From Candidatus Eiseniibacteriota bacterium (GTDB taxonomy: Bacteria; Eisenbacteria; RBG-16-71-46), in contig JBGAOA010000018.1 in the NCBI GenBank assembly GCA_044222065.1, positions 1 to 63,807 of the forward strand: 63,807 nt of DNA, in the 5' to 3' direction. The translations under genes and the position numbers were made by a program. The notes below the pieces were generated by a model. That model was not told where the DNA came from, ran no database searches, and saw only the letters and a list, made by a program, of their open reading frames with translations. This document shows positions 38,953 through 52,170 of this stretch, piece after piece; positions within the stretch are counted from its first letter, which is position 1, and each line of letters opens with the position of its first letter.

Positions 38953-40903
38953 GCTTCGCCTTCGTTCGGTGCTGCTCGATCAGCTTCTCGACCACTTCGG
39001 GCTCGGCGAGCGTCGTGATGTCGCCCATCCCCTCGTACTCGTGCGAGGCGATCTTGCGCAGGATGCGCCGCATGATCTTCCCGCTGCGCGTCTTCGGCAG
39101 CCCCGACGCGAGGTGGATGATGTCGGGCGTCGCGAAGCCGCCGATCGCGTGCCGCACCTGCTCCTTGAGCGCGCCCTCGAGTTCCGCGCCGCGCGCGCCG
39201 GAGTAGTCGGCGCTCACGATCACGTAGGCGTAGATGCCGGTGCCCTTGATGTCGTGCGGATAGCCGACGACGGCGGCCTCGGCGACCGCCTCGTGCGCGA
39301 CGAGCGCGCTCTCGACCTCGGCCGTGCCGAGGCGGTGGCCGCTCACGTTCAGCACGTCGTCGATGCGGCCCGTGATCCAGTAGTAGCCGTCCTCGTCGCG
39401 CCGGCAGCCGTCGCCCGTGAAGTAGAAGCCTTTGTACTGGCTGAAGTACGTCTCCTTGAAGCGGTGGTGGTCGCCCCACACCGTGCGCGCCTGTCCCGGC
39501 CAGGGCGTCGTGAGGCACAGCGCGCCCGAGACGCCGTTGCCGTCGATCACGCGGCCGTTCTCGGGCTCGACCACGATCGGCTTCACGCCGAAGAACGGCA
39601 GCGTCGCCGATCCCGGCTTCGCCGGCGTCACGCCCGGCAGCGGCGTGATGAGGATGCCGCCCGTCTCGGTCTGCCACCACGTGTCCACGACCGCGCAGCG
39701 CGAGTCGCCGACCACGTCGTGGTACCAGCGCCAGATCTCGGGGTTGATCGGCTCGCCGACCGAGCCGAGCACGCGCAGCGACTTCCGCGAGTAGCGCTTC
39801 ACGGGCTCGTCGCCCGCCTGCGCGATCGCGCGCAGTGCCGTCGGCGCCGTGTAGAAGATGTGGATGCCGAGGTCGTCCACCATGCGCCAGTAGCGGCCCG
39901 GATCGGGGTACACGGGCGTGCTCTCGAACATCACGGTCGTCGCGCCGTTCGCAAGCGGCCCGTACACGATGTACGTGTGCCCCGTGATCCAGCCGACGTC
40001 GGCGGCGCAGCAATAGACGTCGCCGTCGTGGTAGTCGAAGACGAGCTGGTGCGTCATCGCCGCGTACACGAGGTAGCCGCCCGTCGTGTGCAACACGCCC
40101 TTGGGCTTCCCGGTGCTGCCCGACGTGTAGAGGATGAACAGCGGATCCTCGGCGCCCATCCACGCCGCCGTGCACGTCGAGCGCTGCGTCTTCATCTCGT
40201 CGTCGAGCCAGAAGTCGCGGCCGTGCTGCATCGGCACCGGCTTCTCGGTGCGGCGCGCGACGAGCACCGTCTGGACGAGCGACAGGCCTTCGATCGCGCG
40301 GTCGGCGATCGCCTTGAGCGGGATCTCCTTGCCGCCGCGCATGCCGACGTTCGCCGTGACGAGCACCTTGCAGCCGGCATCGAGGATTCGGTCGCGCAGC
40401 GATTCGGCGCTGAAGCCGCCGAACACGACGGAGTGCACCGCGCCGATGCGCGCGCACGCGAGCATCGCGTACGCCGTCTCGGGGATCATCGGCATGTAGA
40501 TGCACACGCGGTCGCCCTTGCGGACGCCGTGCGCGAGCAGCACGTTCGCGAGCCGCGCGACGTTGTGCTTGAGCTCGCGGTAGCTGATGTGGCGGTACGT
40601 GCCGGGCTCGTCGCCGGCCCAGATGATCGCGGTCTTCTCGCCCTTCGTCGGCAGGTGGCGGTCCACGCAGTTGTAGCAGGCGTTCAGCCGCCCGCCCGAG
40701 TACCACGCGAAGTCGATCTCTTCGTAGTCGGCGTCGAACACCTGGTGCCACGGGTGGAACCACTCGACGCGCTTCGCCTGTTCGCCCCAGAACCCGACCG
40801 GGTCGTCGATCGAGCGGCGGTAGAGCTGCTCGTACTCTTCGAGCGAGCGAACGTGCGCGCGTTCGCGGATGTGCGGCTTGACCTCGTAGACGTCCTGGGA
40901 CAC
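38945..40903 (-). CDS. acs: Acetyl-CoA synthetase (AMP-forming)
   Basis: 652 aa. The AMP-binding motif is [11 protein letters not shown]. Typical Acs N- and C-terminal blocks are present. Confidence 0.95.
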   Translation of the reverse strand: MSQDVYEVKPHIRERAHVRSLEEYEQLYRRSIDDPVGFWGEQAKRVEWFHPWHQVFDADYEEIDFAWYSGGRLNACYNCVDRHLPTKGEKTAIIWAGDEPGTYRHISYRELKHNVARLANVLLAHGVRKGDRVCIYMPMIPETAYAMLACARIGAVHSVVFGGFSAESLRDRILDAGCKVLVTANVGMRGGKEIPLKAIADRAIEGLSLVQTVLVARRTEKPVPMQHGRDFWLDDEMKTQRSTCTAAWMGAEDPLFILYTSGSTGKPKGVLHTTGGYLVYAAMTHQLVFDYHDGDVYCCAADVGWITGHTYIVYGPLANGATTVMFESTPVYPDPGRYWRMVDDLGIHIFYTAPTALRAIAQAGDEPVKRYSRKSLRVLGSVGEPINPEIWRWYHDVVGDSRCAVVDTWWQTETGGILITPLPGVTPAKPGSATLPFFGVKPIVVEPENGRVIDGNGVSGALCLTTPWPGQARTVWGDHHRFKETYFSQYKGFYFTGDGCRRDEDGYYWITGRIDDVLNVSGHRLGTAEVESALVAHEAVAEAAVVGYPHDIKGTGIYAYVIVSADYSGARGAELEGALKEQVRHAIGGFATPDIIHLASGLPKTRSGKIMRRILRKIASHEYEGMGDITTLAEPEVVEKLIEQHRTKAKRG

Positions 40904-41156
40904 GGCGAACCTCCGGACGGGCGACGCGAAGACGGCGAGAGCGCGCGCAGTCTAGCGCGACGATGCGGCGCGGCTCCACGGGAAAGCGGAGCGCGAGACG
41001 CGCGAACCGCCGCGACCGTCGGCCGAGCGGCGGGCGTGAGCGCGGGCCGAGGCCGCGAGCGAAGCGTCCGGCGCTCGAATCGCCGCGGCGAACGACGCGT
41101 CGCCGCGACGCGGGGCCATTGGCACGGAGGGAACGCGAGCCGCTAGTCTGCGCCGC

Positions 41157-42923
41157 ATGTCCCGCACCGCTCCGCGCCGTGGCCGCGAGCGCGCCGCATC
41201 GCCCGCACGCGCGGGGCGCGAGCGCGCGCCGGTCGTCGCGCTCCTCGCCCGTCACGAGCGCCTGCTCCTCGCGATTCTCGTCGGGCTGCACGTGGTCCTC
41301 GCCGTGTGGGCCGCGGCGCGGAACTCGGTGACGTTCGACGAGAACTTCCACCTGCCCGCGGGCGTGATGACGGCGGCGCGCGGCGAGCTGCGCATCTCGG
41401 CCGTCAATCCGCCGCTCGTGAAAGCGCTCGCCGGCGCCGCCGCACTCGCCGCGGGCGCGCGCCTGCCGTCGGACGCGGCGATCGCGAACGGCGAGCAGGG
41501 TGTGGTCGGCGAGTCGTTCATGCGCGCGAACGCCGACCGCTACCACCGCGTCTTCCTCGCCGGCCGCCTCGTCGTGATCGCGCTCTCGGGCCTGCTCGCG
41601 CTCGCCGTGGGGTGGCTCGCGCGCGCGTTCGCAGGCGCGGCGGCGGGCGTGCTCGCCGTGGCGTTCTACGTGTTCGCACCCGAGGCGCTCGCGCACGGCA
41701 GCGTCGTCACGATGGACGTGCCGACGGCGCTCGGCTTCGTCGTCACGCTCGGCGCGTGGCGCGCGTTCGTGCGCGGCGGGCGCTGGGCGTGGTGGGCGAT
41801 CGCCGCGATCGGGCTCGCGTTCACGTTCCTCGTGCGCTTCACGGCCGTGTTCCTGCCGCCGCTGCTCGTGGCCCTCGCGCTCGTCGAACTGGCGGCGAAG
41901 CGCGTGCGACGTCCGCGACGCCTCGCGATCGGCTTCGCGCTGTTCGCGCTCACGACGCTCGTCGCGATGTACGCCGGCTACCTCGGGCACGTGTCGTTCG
42001 ACCCGCTGCGCGCGTACCCGTTTCAGTCGGAGTCGTTCCGTTCACTCGCCGCGCGCTTCCCCGACCTGCGCTCGCCGCTCCCGGACGCCTGGCTCGCGGG
42101 CTTCGACCGCCAGGCGGTCGAGTCGCAGATGGGCCGCACGCCGAGCTACCTGAACGGCCGCATCCACGACATCGCGCCGCTCTCGTACTTTCCGATCGCG
42201 CTCGCGGTGAAGTGGCCGCTCGGCTTCCTCGGAGCGCTGCTGCTCCGGCTCGCGTGGACGTTTCGTGCGCCGTTCGGCATCTCGCTCCGCGCGCGCGGCG
42301 TGCGCGAAGCGCTGTGGCTCGCGGCGCCGGTCGCGCTGTTCCTGTTCGTCGCGATGTTCGTCGGCAAGCTCGGCATCGGGATCCGCTACGTGTTCCCGAT
42401 CCTGCCGTTTCTCTGCATTGCGCTCGGCGGGCTCGCTTCGCGTGTGCGCGCGAGCCGGGCATTCGCGTGGATGCCCGCGACCGCGGCGGCGCTCGCGCTC
42501 GTGCAGGCGATCGAGTCCGGCGCGCACCTCCCCTACCCGCTGTCGTTCTACAACTCGATCGCGGGGGGACCCGCGCGCGGACAGTGGATCGTGAACGACT
42601 CGAACGTGGACTGGGGCGAGGGGCTGATCGCACTGCGCGACGAACTGCGGCGGCGCGGCATCGGGCGCGTGCACCTCGCGTATCACGGCACGACGGACCC
42701 GGCGGTGTACGGCATCGACTACGTGCCGTATCGCGGCGGCATGCCCGGCCCCGAGAGCGAGTGGATCGCGATCAGCAGCTACTACTTCGTCGGGCTCTCG
42801 CAGCGCATGATGACGCGCGAAGGCCGCACGGCGGACGCGCTCAAGCTCGACTTCCGCCCGCTGTGGTCGCGCACGCCGACCGCGATGCCGGCGGGGTGCA
42901 TGGTGTTGTTCCGGCTGAGGTGA
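41157..42923 (+). CDS. Glycosyltransferase family 39 / ArnT-like membrane protein
   Basis: 588 aa, polytopic. The N-terminal loop carries FDENFH, typical of PMT/ArnT-like GT-C enzymes. The exact start is uncertain. Confidence 0.7.
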   Translation: MSRTAPRRGRERAASPARAGRERAPVVALLARHERLLLAILVGLHVVLAVWAAARNSVTFDENFHLPAGVMTAARGELRISAVNPPLVKALAGAAALAAGARLPSDAAIANGEQGVVGESFMRANADRYHRVFLAGRLVVIALSGLLALAVGWLARAFAGAAAGVLAVAFYVFAPEALAHGSVVTMDVPTALGFVVTLGAWRAFVRGGRWAWWAIAAIGLAFTFLVRFTAVFLPPLLVALALVELAAKRVRRPRRLAIGFALFALTTLVAMYAGYLGHVSFDPLRAYPFQSESFRSLAARFPDLRSPLPDAWLAGFDRQAVESQMGRTPSYLNGRIHDIAPLSYFPIALAVKWPLGFLGALLLRLAWTFRAPFGISLRARGVREALWLAAPVALFLFVAMFVGKLGIGIRYVFPILPFLCIALGGLASRVRASRAFAWMPATAAALALVQAIESGAHLPYPLSFYNSIAGGPARGQWIVNDSNVDWGEGLIALRDELRRRGIGRVHLAYHGTTDPAVYGIDYVPYRGGMPGPESEWIAISSYYFVGLSQRMMTREGRTADALKLDFRPLWSRTPTAMPAGCMVLFRLR

Positions 42924-42939
42924 GGGCGCGCGTCGCGAC

Positions 42940-44199
42940 TCAGTGCAACTGCGTCACCCAGAACCACTGCAGTCCCCACGCGGTCACGGCGATGCTCCAC
43001 GCGGTGAGCAGCGCGACGAGCCACGCGGGCGCGCGCCGCGCTCCGAAGCTCGCGACGAGCAGGCCGAGCGCGATCCAGTCGAGTGCGAAGCGCTGGCCGA
43101 ACTGCGACCAGCCGTCGTTGTAGTAGAGGAGCGACGGCAGCGCGATCGCGAGCGCCGTGAGCGCCGCGACGAGTTCGAACTTCGTCCAGCGCCGCGGCCA
43201 CGCGGCGAGTGCCAGGTACGGCGTCGTCAGCAGCAGGCTCATGCCGTGAGCGTCGGGCACGAGCCGGCCGCCGAGGACGAGCGGCGGGCGCAGCAGCCAG
43301 CCGTACAGGTTGTGCGCGAGGAAGTGCGGGTGGAAGCGCCCGTAGGTCTTGACCAGCGTCTCGAACTCGGGGCCCATCAGGATGTAGTGGTAGCCGGCGT
43401 CCATCGGACTGCCGAAGCGCGCGGCGTTGTACGCAGCGTGCAGTCCCGCGGCGAGCGCGATCGGCACGCCGAGCGCGAGCGCGACGCGGCCGAGCGGGAG
43501 TTCGCCGCGCTCACCGGCATCGCCGGCGGCGGCCGGCGCCGCGTCGTCCGCGCCCTTCCACAGCATCCACGCGGCGAGCGGCGCGGCGAGCGTCACGGTC
43601 GAGCGTGTGAGCACGGTGAGCCCGAGCAGCACGCCCGCGAGCCACGCGCGGCGCGACGACGCCGCCCACAGCGCCGCGACCTGCAGCGCGGTCGCGGTGA
43701 TCTGCGCGTGCAGCCACACGTTTCCGATCGGAGCGCCGTAGCCGATCGCGGTGCCGAGCGCGAACGCGAGCGTCGCGCACGCGAGGCGCGCGTTCCCCAG
43801 GTCCGGCAGCACGCGGCGGATGAGCGCGAAGAACGCCCACGCGCCCGCGAGCGCCGTCACGATCAGTACGAACACGTCCGGCGTCTGGCGCGCTAAGAAC
43901 GGCGTGAGCGGCATGAGCAGCACCGCGGGCAGCGGACCGAACACGACGTACGCGCGGCCGTTCACGAGTGCCATGTCACCCGTTTCGTCGGGGTGGTGCC
44001 ACAGGTGGAGCTGCCCGTGCCAGAACGCGTCGGCGAGGTACGTGTAGTGCGCCCAGTGCGAGGCGCGGAACGCGTCGCCGCCCGTCACACCCCACCAGAA
44101 CGCGAACACGAACGCGAGGGTCGCGGCGAGCAGCCACGCGTGGCCGCCTCGCGCGCGCGGCGCGGCGGCGTTCGATCGTGCGGAGCGGAGCTTCGACAT
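42940..44199 (-). CDS. Polytopic membrane protein, putative GT-C-fold glycosyltransferase (GT87/DUF2029-like)
   Basis: 419 aa with ~10 TM helices. It is convergent with the GT39 gene. Confidence 0.45.
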   Translation of the reverse strand: MSKLRSARSNAAAPRARGGHAWLLAATLAFVFAFWWGVTGGDAFRASHWAHYTYLADAFWHGQLHLWHHPDETGDMALVNGRAYVVFGPLPAVLLMPLTPFLARQTPDVFVLIVTALAGAWAFFALIRRVLPDLGNARLACATLAFALGTAIGYGAPIGNVWLHAQITATALQVAALWAASSRRAWLAGVLLGLTVLTRSTVTLAAPLAAWMLWKGADDAAPAAAGDAGERGELPLGRVALALGVPIALAAGLHAAYNAARFGSPMDAGYHYILMGPEFETLVKTYGRFHPHFLAHNLYGWLLRPPLVLGGRLVPDAHGMSLLLTTPYLALAAWPRRWTKFELVAALTALAIALPSLLYYNDGWSQFGQRFALDWIALGLLVASFGARRAPAWLVALLTAWSIAVTAWGLQWFWVTQLH

Positions 44200-44264
44200 G
44201 GGGAGCGACTATAGCGCGGCACGCCCGCGCCGGGCACCGGCGCGGGCTCGCCGCGAGCGAAAAA

Positions 44265-47094
44265 CTAACGGAGGGCGACCAGCTTTCTGCGCTCGAGGCG
44301 CTCGCCGGCGCGCAGCTCGACGAAGTACACGCCCGCGGCGAGCTGCACTCCGCTCGAGAGCCTGACCTCTCGAGTCGTCGGCCCCGCGCCCATCACGTCG
44401 CCGCGCGCGATGCGCCGTCCGGTCACGTCGTAGACGGAGATCGTGGCGCGCACTCCGGTGTCGAGCGCGAGCGACACCGAGACCGCGCGCGCGCCAGATT
44501 CCAGCCGGAGGCCTTCGAGTCGGGCCGTGAACGCGCGCGCACCCTTTCGAATGGGGAGCGCGTCCGTCGCGACGAGCACGGGGACGACGGAGTGCACTCG
44601 CCGGCTGGATGCCGTCCCCACGAAGTCCGCGGTCGAGTCTCCCGGCGTGAGCTGCAGGTCGCTCGCGACGAACTGAATCACGAAGTCCGTGAATCCGTCC
44701 CCGTTGACGTCGCAGCGTGTCGCGAGCGAGTCGTAGTCGCACAGCGGCATCGCGCTCGCGCGCGCCGGCCAGTGCCCTCGTCCGCCCGACGGCGGATCGC
44801 CGAGGCGCGGGTAGGCGCCGGCAAAGGTGGCCCAGTACCTCGACAGCGTAGTCGCGTCGAAGCTCGCAGTTCCCAAGATCGCGACGCGGACGCTCTCGTT
44901 CGTGCCGAGGTGAATCGCCGGGTCGGTCCGGCCCGGATTCACAACTCCGACGGCGGCGACGAGCGGTTGCCCCCAGCGCAGCGACCAGGTCTCCTTGAGC
45001 GGCTGGCACGACGAAGACGCGGTCGCGCGGCCGCCGTTCAGCATCCACGCGTCGCGAACGGGGTCGTAGACGCACGTCTGGCCGGTGCGCTGGCGCGGTA
45101 GGAACTGGTCGAACCGCCCCCCCGGAATGGTCCAGTGCCTCGGCGTGTCGAGCGAGTACGCGACTCCGGGCCAACCGAGGTAACCGCCGTCCGGAGCGTG
45201 AACGACCCAGTTGCGCTCGGCATCAAAGATCGCGGAACCATTCCAGATGTCGCGATCGATGTCGGTGAGCTTTGTCCACAGCGGAGCGCCGGAAAGGCCG
45301 AGGGCCCATGCATCGGTGTTGTCCGGGGTCACGTAGCAGGGAATGCCACCGAAGACGACGAGACGGTCCCTCAGTTCGTCGTAGAAGAGACTGTGCCGAG
45401 TGCGGCCGGTCGGCTTCGAGCCCTCGATCGCGAGTTCGCTCCAGCCAGAACCGGTCGAGAGGTCGTAGCTCCACACTCCATCCACGCAGGGACGGGGTCG
45501 AGAGATTCCAGCCTCCGAACAGAAGGACGCGGTCTCGCCTGGAGTCGTAGGCGATCTGCATGCCTTCGTTCATGAGAGATCCCCCGCTCGAATTCGGAAG
45601 CTCGACCCAGCGAGGCGAAGGCGTGAGTTCGAGCGCATACAGTCGAGCGGGCGAGCTGATCGCGCCGACCGGAACGCACATCAGGATTCGGCGCCGGCGC
45701 GAGTCGAATGCGAGTGCCGGCCGAGTGACTGGCGCGAAGGGAACGCCACCCGGCGTCGAAATCGCGCGCCACGTTCCTGGACGATCCAGCGGGAACTCGA
45801 AGAGCGATCGCAGCGCCGTGTTCCCGCCGCTGCCCCCGAGCGCGATGAGGCGGTCGGCCGCCCGATCGTAGAAGAGGCGATGCCCGGGCTCGAACGGTCC
45901 GGCGGACATGGAGAGGACGCTCCACAGCCCGGCGCCCGTCGTCTGCGTGTACATCCACTGATCGGTCGAGTACGCGCACGCGCCGGGGGCCGTCGTTCCG
46001 CCGAAGAACAGCGCGCGATCTCGCGCGGAGTCCCAGACTCCCTCGGCGTCCGAGGGAATGAGCGCGACGGTCGCGGCGACCGTGGTCCAGCGGTTGGTGC
46101 CCAGATCGAAGCTCCACGAAATCCCGCTGCCGGCCGCGAAGATGCGATTCCGGGTTCGATCGAGCACCGTCGCGACCGCGGTCGCCGGACCGCCCGCGAG
46201 CGGCGAGAGCCTCGTCCAGATGTAGACCGGACCGAGAGTCAGCGCCCACACGCCGTTCCCGGACACGAACAGCATGCGGTCGCGCGCGGCATCGAAGTAA
46301 GCCTTGCCGCGCGTGCCCGGCGCCGGCGCGTCACCGCTGTAGGTGAGCTGTGTCCACACGGGAACGTCCCCGCCCGACATCTCCCACAGATCCGAGAGCG
46401 GCGTGGGTAGCGGGCACGGCGGCCCTGACGGGTTGTAGCTGCGATCCATGCCGCCGAATACGAGCATGCGGTCGCGCACCGGGTCCCAGATCGCGGCATG
46501 GTTGAAGCGGGATCGTATTGGCGCCCCATCGAGCACGACGTGCTGCTCTCGATCCACGTCGAAGATCCACAACCCGCTCGTCGAGAAGCAATAGCGGCCC
46601 GGCAGGTAGTCGATGTACTCATCAAGATCCCCGCCGTATCGAATCATGCGACGCCGTAGCGGATCGAAGACGGCCGTACCCCCCGCCCCACCGACCTTGG
46701 CCCCCATCGCCGCCGGGTACGCGAGCCACTCGCCCGGGTTCGCGACGTTCATGCTGGTGAAGTCGTGCGTGAAGTAGGTGCCGTCCCACCCGCCGCACGA
46801 GAACACCTTTCCCGTCGCTTCGTCGTAGGCGACCGCCTGCCCGCTCTGCCCGTACCACGTGAGCGAGCGCCAGCCGGCCTCGGGGTAGTCGCGAGACTGA
46901 GGTTCGATCGGCGGTGTTGAAGCGCCGGGACTCGAATGAGGAAGTTGCGTCGACGAACCGAACAGCGAATCGCACGATGCGGGAGTCTGCGAGGGTTCGG
47001 GAAGCGCACGTGGAGTCTGCGCGGAGGCGGCGGTCGCGAGCACCACGAGTGCGACCGCAAGGGCACGGAAGATCCGAAGGGCGACCATGGACAT
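44265..47094 (-). pseudogene. Kelch-repeat secreted protein with T9SS-type C-terminal sorting domain, split by an apparent single-nucleotide frameshift near 45485-45495
   Basis: The N-terminal part (signal MSMVALRIFRALAVALVVLATAASA, Kelch blocks ...DRVLLFGG) is in one frame. The continuation (DGVWSYDLSTGSGWSEL...LVVFGG ... C-terminal GVYFVELRAGERLERRKLVALR) is in another frame. The junction lies inside one Kelch repeat. Confidence 0.5.
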
Positions 47095-47192
47095 TCTCCG
47101 GGGCGAGAGGGTCGGTGCCGGGGAGAATGCTAGGACTGCGGAGCGGCGCGTGGAAGAGGGTTCTTCGCCCGCCGGGCTCTGAGCGCCCTCGC

Positions 47193-48101
47193 CTACCTCC
47201 GGAACAGCACGACCACGCCCGCGATCGCGAGCAGCGTTCCGGCGAGAGCGCGCCACGTCAGCTTCTCGCTGTGGAAGCGCGCGGCGATCAGGAGCGCGAA
47301 CAGCGGGTAGATCGCCGTGATCGAGGCCGCGATCCCGGTCGGGATGAATGCGATCGCGGTCAGCGACAGCGTGACGCCGAGGAAGGGGCCGCAGAACGCG
47401 CCGCCCGCCATGAACCACGCGGCGCGGCGGTCGCGCATCGCCGCGAGCGTGTGGCCGAGCTGGCGCTCGGCGCCTGCGAGCGTCCAGATCGCGACCGCGG
47501 CGCTGCTCACGCGGATCACCGTCGCCGACAGCGGATCGAGCCCGCTCGCGAGCGCCTTCTTCGAGAGCACGTAGCCGCCGGCCTGGCCGAGCGCGGCGAG
47601 CAGTCCGGCGAGCACGCCGAGCGCGGCCGAGCCCTCGACGTTCACGTGGTGGCGGTGCTCCTGCTCGTTCAGCACCCACCACACGCCGCCGAGCGTGAGC
47701 GCCATGCCGAGTGCCGCGAGCGGGCCCGGCACTTCGTGGAGCAGCGGCCAGGCGATCGCCGTCGTGAACAGCGGCGCGGTGGACGCGAGCAGCGACGCGC
47801 GTCCGGGGCCGAGGATCACGAGCGAGCGGAAGTACCACGTGTCGCCGAACACGAAGCCGATGAGGCCCGAGAGCGCGAGCAGCCCGACCTGCGTCCGCGT
47901 CGCCCACACGGGCCACGGCGCGCCGCGCGTCGCGAGCAGCGCGACGGCGAGGAAGACGCACGCGACGCTGATGCGCAGGCGGTTGAGCCGCACCGAGCCC
48001 ATGGACCGGCCCGCGGCCGCGAAGAGGTTCGATCCGACCGCCCAGCAGAGCGCGGTGCCGAGTGCGGCGAGTTCTCCCGAGTAGCGCATGAGGCCGCGCA
48101 C
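47193..48101 (-). CDS. DMT superfamily (EamA-like) transporter
   Basis: 302 aa with 10 TM helices, two EamA-like halves. Confidence 0.8.
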   Translation of the reverse strand: MRGLMRYSGELAALGTALCWAVGSNLFAAAGRSMGSVRLNRLRISVACVFLAVALLATRGAPWPVWATRTQVGLLALSGLIGFVFGDTWYFRSLVILGPGRASLLASTAPLFTTAIAWPLLHEVPGPLAALGMALTLGGVWWVLNEQEHRHHVNVEGSAALGVLAGLLAALGQAGGYVLSKKALASGLDPLSATVIRVSSAAVAIWTLAGAERQLGHTLAAMRDRRAAWFMAGGAFCGPFLGVTLSLTAIAFIPTGIAASITAIYPLFALLIAARFHSEKLTWRALAGTLLAIAGVVVLFRR

Positions 48102-48146
48102 TCTAGCGGAGCGCGCGGCCTCGAACGAGTTGGCGGCGCCCCGCGA

Positions 48147-48715
48147 TCAGCGATTTCCTCGGGGCAGCGGACTGTCCACGGGATTGCTCAGACGCGGCGG
48201 ACTTTCCGGGCCCGCGGGACGCGCGTTCGGCCGCGGCTTGCCCTGATGGCACGTTCCGCAGTTCACGAACGGCCGCTCGCTCTCGAGATGCGTCATGCGC
48301 CGCAGCAGCGTGTCGTTGATCGCGGACATCATCTTCACCATGTCGCGCGCCGCGAGCTTCGGACGCTTGTCGTCCTTGTCCCACTGGCCGAGCACGTGGC
48401 AGTGGTCGCAGCCGACGCCGAGCGCGCGCCCGTCGCCGAAGTTCATGATGCGCACGAGCCGGCCCGCGGGCATGCCCTTCAGCACCTGGATGTTCTTGAA
48501 CACGCTCTCGGCCGGGAGCGTGTCGCGTCCCGCGATCTGCTGCAGCACGACGTTCATCAGGCTGTCGCGCATGCGCACCGCGGTGTCGCCCGGGAACGGC
48601 GCCGGCGCCTGCGGGCGCGCGCCCGGGGGCGGGCCGCCCGCGGGCGGCTGGGCGAGCGCGAGCGCGACGACCGCCACGAGCAGCACGAGCACGAACGTCA
48701 GCGAGACGGGACGCT

Positions 48716-48719
<4 letters not shown>
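48147..48719 (-). CDS. Diheme c-type cytochrome (two CxxCH motifs), secreted
   Basis: Start MKRPVSLTFVLVLLVAVVALALA. Motifs CDHCH and CGTCH. ATG at 48719 is preceded by GGGAGGTG and forms an ATGA overlap with the upstream BNR gene stop. 190 aa. Confidence 0.7.
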
Positions 48720-51919
<3,200 letters not shown>

Positions 51920-52170
51920 GGAACCTCCGTGGAATGGACGGCGGATCGGGGGCCGACTCTACGTGCCCCGGTTCGCTCACGCCATGGAGACCTCGTGACT
52001 CCCCACGCCCCCGCGATTCGCCCCTGTCTCGGTGTCACACCCGGGGGGCGTCGTCGACTGCTCGACCGAATGTGGTCGTTCGCCGCCGGACGAAGCCCGC
52101 GCCTCGATGGCGCAGCGCCTCCGGGGACGACGTGTCATGGACACCCCGCCCCGAACGAAAGGTGCCCCCC

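Noticed and set aside
38868-41990. 1040-aa minus-strand ORF and 760-aa plus-strand ORF (38864-41146) overlapping acs and the GT39 gene
   Set aside because: Both are low-complexity Arg/Glu/Asp-rich translations. acs and the GT39 gene in other frames and strands have strong family-specific motifs.
45223-47961. 912-aa ORF extending upstream of the Kelch protein signal peptide and past the frameshift
   Set aside because: The region upstream of MSMVALRIF has no RBS-supported start and gives nonsense translation. The region downstream of ~45490 continues in the wrong frame relative to the Kelch repeats.
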